DNA of 64,000 nt, taken from contig CALWAL010000007.1 of assembly GCA_944373145.1 (NCBI GenBank), positions 26,005-90,004 on the forward strand, written 5' to 3'. The notes under the pieces were generated by a model. That model saw nothing but the letters and a program-made list of their open reading frames with translations. It ran no database searches and had not been told where the DNA came from. Shown here piece after piece: positions 60,660 through 64,000 of the stretch. The DNA is from an uncultured Bacilli bacterium (GTDB taxonomy: Bacteria > Bacillota_I > Bacilli_A > RF39 > UBA660). Within the stretch, counting starts at the first letter, position 1. The number at the start of each line of letters is the position of its first letter. Both the position numbers and the translations under genes were made by a program.

Positions 60660-61508
60660 ATGGCGAAGAAAAAGTTTAATTTAAAAAAAGCTTTTCAAAA
60701 AGACCGATTACTTTGCTTCGAAATTTTTATTTCAATAATAATTTTCATATTTGTAATTTTTTTAATGGTGTTTTCTATATGTGATAAAAAATATATTGTT
60801 AAATTTAATTCTAATGGCGGTTCTATAGTTACTTCAAAACGCATAAGATATAATAGAACTATCAAAGAGCCACAACCCCCTATACGTGATGGTTATCAAT
60901 TTATAGGATGGTATTACGATAATGAAAAGTTTTCTTTTGATACTAAGATAAAGGATAATTTAGAATTAGAAGCTAAATGGAAAAAAATTATTACAAGTCA
61001 GATTACTGATATAAAGTTAGATTATCAAGATTTTACTATTTTACCAAATAAAGAATTGCAATTGATACCTAAAATTACTAGTTCTTCGTCTGATAATGAA
61101 AAACTTTATTGGGATAGCAGTGATAGTTCTGTCGTGGAAGTTGATAGTAACGGTTTAATTAAAACTAAAAAAGAAGGAGAGACTCTTATTACAGTAAGTA
61201 CGCTTAACGGACTAAATGATCAAATTAAGGTTACAGTCAGTGCGGATGCAGTACCAATAAATGCATTACAATTTAAAACAGATATTATTTTACTTTATAA
61301 AGATTATAAGCGTTCTTTAGAAATAATAGTTACTCCGAATAATTATTCAAATAGAAATATGATATGGGAAAGTAGTGATTCTAGTATTGTTGAAGTTAAT
61401 GCAGATGGTGTTGTTACGGGTTTAGAAGTTGGTGAGGCATATATAACAGTTACTTCTTTAGATGGGCGAATAAAAGCTAAATGTAAAGTAAATGTTATTG
61501 AGGCATGA
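60660..61508 (+). CDS. Surface protein with one InlB B-repeat and two Ig-like (Big_2) domains
   Basis: TM, FNSNGGS...P.RDGYQFIGWY and two W.SSDSSVVEV.. repeats. Confidence 0.85.
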   Translation: MAKKKFNLKKAFQKDRLLCFEIFISIIIFIFVIFLMVFSICDKKYIVKFNSNGGSIVTSKRIRYNRTIKEPQPPIRDGYQFIGWYYDNEKFSFDTKIKDNLELEAKWKKIITSQITDIKLDYQDFTILPNKELQLIPKITSSSSDNEKLYWDSSDSSVVEVDSNGLIKTKKEGETLITVSTLNGLNDQIKVTVSADAVPINALQFKTDIILLYKDYKRSLEIIVTPNNYSNRNMIWESSDSSIVEVNADGVVTGLEVGEAYITVTSLDGRIKAKCKVNVIEA

Positions 61509-61648
61509 AAATACGACTTTTAAGCCTTTTTTATAGTTTGTTAGCTGGGTAATATATTGACTAAAATATCCAATATTGATAAAATTAAGATGTAAAAATA
61601 GGAAAGTAGGAGAAAGCTAAGTAACAATTTTTTTGAAAGGAAGGTACT

Positions 61649-63622
61649 ATGGGAGACAATAAAAAGAGAAAAAAAGTTTCTATTTTTGATGAGGATTTTG
61701 AAAGTGAATTGGAAGAATTAAAAAAATTAGACGAGGAAACAGAAGAAATAGAAGAGTTGGAAGAAAATTCAAAATATGAAACTGTAAATCAATCAGAAAA
61801 GAAACATAAAAATGTTCGTGATGACGAAAAAACTGGCGTTGAAGAGGGAAAAAATAAGAAAAGGGAACAAACTAAATCAAATGACGATGAAGATGTAGAT
61901 GATTTTGTTAAAGCTTTTAATAAGAAGAAAGAATCAAAATCTATAGCGGAAGACGATAAAGATTTATGGGAAAGCAAGAAAATGAAAAAAGATGTATCAG
62001 AAAAAAAGGATATTAAAAAGATTGAAAAAACTTTTATGGAAGATGACGATGAAGATAATGGTAATTCTTCCATAATTGGAAAAATTATTTTTGGAATTGT
62101 TATATTGGTTATTATCATTATTTTACTATTTAAAGCTTGCAATAAAGGGGCTGATGAATATAGGGTTATATTTGACTCAAATGGCGGTAGCGAGGTTGCT
62201 AGTTTAGTTGTTAAGGCGGACGGAACGATAAAAGAACCAGAAGCACCAACTAAGGAAGGATATGATTTTGCTGGTTGGTATTATAATGATACTGAATTTG
62301 ATTTTAATACTCCTATTACCAACGATATCACACTAGAAGCACGTTGGGTTGAAGCTGAAAATGTTCCAGTTAGCGGAGTTGAAGTTGATCAAAACTCATT
62401 AGAGTTGAGCCCAGGAAGCACATCAAAAATCGTGGCAACAGTTAAGCCGGATACAGCTAAAGATAAATCATTAACATGGGTAAGCAGTAATCCTGATGTT
62501 GCTACAGTTGATGAGCAAGGTAATATTAAAGGTGTTAAAGTTGGTAGTGCTGTAATCACAGTAACAACTAATGATGGTGCATTTACGGCGACTGTTAAAG
62601 TAACAGTAAGCGAAGATATTGTAGCTGTAACTGGTGTGTCTTTAAATAAAAGCAGTTTAGCTTTAGGACCTAATGAAAGTGCCAATTTAGTTGCAAATGT
62701 AACACCAAGTAATGCATCTAATAAGGGGGTTACATGGACAAGCAGTAATACGAGTATTGCAACCGTATCATCAACAGGAACGGTAACAGCATTAAAAGAT
62801 GGGACAGTAACAATTACGGCAACAACCAAGGATGGCTCATTTACAGCGACAGCAACGGTTACTGTCAAAACAGTTAAGGTAACGGGTATTAGTGTTAATA
62901 AAACAACAGTTAGCGTTAAAGAAGGAAAAGTTTCTAAAGTTGTAGCAACTGTATCACCAAGTAATGCTACAAATAAAAATGTAACTTGGTCTAGTGCTAA
63001 TTCAGGTATTGCAAAAGTTTCATCTACTGGAGTTATTACAGGAGTTAAAGAGGGTACAACAACAATAACTGTTAAAACAGCTGATGGTAACTATACTAAG
63101 ACAATCAATGTAACTGTTTTGCCAATAGTTGAAGCAAAAAGTGTGGCGATTAGTGGTAATACGTCAGGAACTGAAGGTGGTAAAATTACTTTAAAAGCAA
63201 TTATTAATCCATCGGACACTGATGATAAGACGGTTACATGGACAAGTAGTAATACAAGTATTGCAACGGTATCGTCAACCGGTGTTGTAACTTTAAAGAA
63301 AGCAGGAACTGTCACAATTACTGCTGAAACAAAAAATGGTAAAAAAGCAACACATACAATTACTATTAAAGAAAAAGCTGCAAGTTATGCTATTATTTTA
63401 ACTGCCTTAAAAGATGAGCTTGGTAGTGTAACACAATATTCAATATTAGTTACTAAAAATGGTTCAGAATTTAAAGATTTTAAAGGATTTAATTATCAAG
63501 GAACTGCGGGCCGACCAGAGGGTACAATACCGGCTACAATTATTGATAAAAATGTTAAATCAGTGGATTTAGTTTTAAGTGATGGTACAACAGCAAAAGA
63601 TGTTCCAATTAGTTATAAATAG
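61649..63622 (+). CDS. Surface protein with charged cytoplasmic N-terminus, TM, InlB B-repeat and about five Big_2 domains
   Basis: FDSNGGS...PTKEGYDFAGWY and repeated VTWTSSNTSIATVSSTG.V units. Confidence 0.88.
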   Translation: MGDNKKRKKVSIFDEDFESELEELKKLDEETEEIEELEENSKYETVNQSEKKHKNVRDDEKTGVEEGKNKKREQTKSNDDEDVDDFVKAFNKKKESKSIAEDDKDLWESKKMKKDVSEKKDIKKIEKTFMEDDDEDNGNSSIIGKIIFGIVILVIIIILLFKACNKGADEYRVIFDSNGGSEVASLVVKADGTIKEPEAPTKEGYDFAGWYYNDTEFDFNTPITNDITLEARWVEAENVPVSGVEVDQNSLELSPGSTSKIVATVKPDTAKDKSLTWVSSNPDVATVDEQGNIKGVKVGSAVITVTTNDGAFTATVKVTVSEDIVAVTGVSLNKSSLALGPNESANLVANVTPSNASNKGVTWTSSNTSIATVSSTGTVTALKDGTVTITATTKDGSFTATATVTVKTVKVTGISVNKTTVSVKEGKVSKVVATVSPSNATNKNVTWSSANSGIAKVSSTGVITGVKEGTTTITVKTADGNYTKTINVTVLPIVEAKSVAISGNTSGTEGGKITLKAIINPSDTDDKTVTWTSSNTSIATVSSTGVVTLKKAGTVTITAETKNGKKATHTITIKEKAASYAIILTALKDELGSVTQYSILVTKNGSEFKDFKGFNYQGTAGRPEGTIPATIIDKNVKSVDLVLSDGTTAKDVPISYK

Positions 63623-63646
63623 TAAAAAGGATTGGAGAAGAAGAAA

Positions 63647-64000
63647 ATGAAAAAATATAGTAAATATTTATTTGTAAGCATATTGTCTTTCTTCTTCTCT
63701 TTAACTATTACATATGCCAAGGAATACACTCTAACAGAATTGGCAGAGAGAGTTAAGGAGATAGAACCAAATGCAAGTTATGTTTATGTTATAGGTGAGT
63801 ATGCTTTTACATCAAGTCACATTTTATCAACTCAGGATGCTATGTTAGCGGCACGTTCGATTAAAGTTAATGATGTTAGTGGAGCTGTTGAAGGGGATCC
63901 AATATTTGATGAAATGGCAATTGTTTTTTTAAATGGAATTGTTGATAGTAATTTTGATTTAGTAAATTTTGAATTTAGGAATGCTATTGTTGGAGATGCA
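63647..64000 (+). CDS. Secreted protein, 3'-truncated by the window edge
   Basis: GGAG RBS, signal-peptide-like MKKYSKYLFVSILSFFFSLTITYA, and a frame open to base 64000. Confidence 0.7.
   Translation, partial: MKKYSKYLFVSILSFFFSLTITYAKEYTLTELAERVKEIEPNASYVYVIGEYAFTSSHILSTQDAMLAARSIKVNDVSGAVEGDPIFDEMAIVFLNGIVDSNFDLVNFEFRNAIVGDA

Overview
Low-GC, standard-code (TGA = stop) Bacilli chromosome segment, most like the uncultured RF39-type gut lineage (this assignment is inference). The backbone is housekeeping: argS (partial), rpoE, prfA, two prmC-like genes, rnhB, T-box-controlled pheST, priA, xerC, tdk, ppdK, pfkB kinase, tRNA-Leu(TAG), tRNA-Ile2(CAT), cysS, truB, lexA, tkt, yneF, murF, tgt and Ig-repeat surface proteins. 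The main accessory feature is a tandem integration hotspot in the last codons of ppdK. A ~13.5 kb large-serine-recombinase element (25641-39189) sits there, followed by an integrase-less ~2.4 kb relic (39182-41599) carrying alkA-ogt-tag alkylation-repair genes. Three ACAAGCT cores each lead into a different in-frame PpdK C-terminus plus terminator. The large element carries an XRE-ParB operon, an orphan type I methyltransferase fused to a single specificity domain, three genes sharing one zinc-ribbon header with unrelated tails, a resolvase / degenerate resolvase / SHOCT-like microprotein / integrase cluster, a repeated 19-bp operator-like palindrome and two structured non-coding segments. Outside it, an unannotated 48-aa membrane microprotein with an SOS box filling its promoter spacer occupies the YneA/SosA position. 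No CRISPR array or rRNA was seen.
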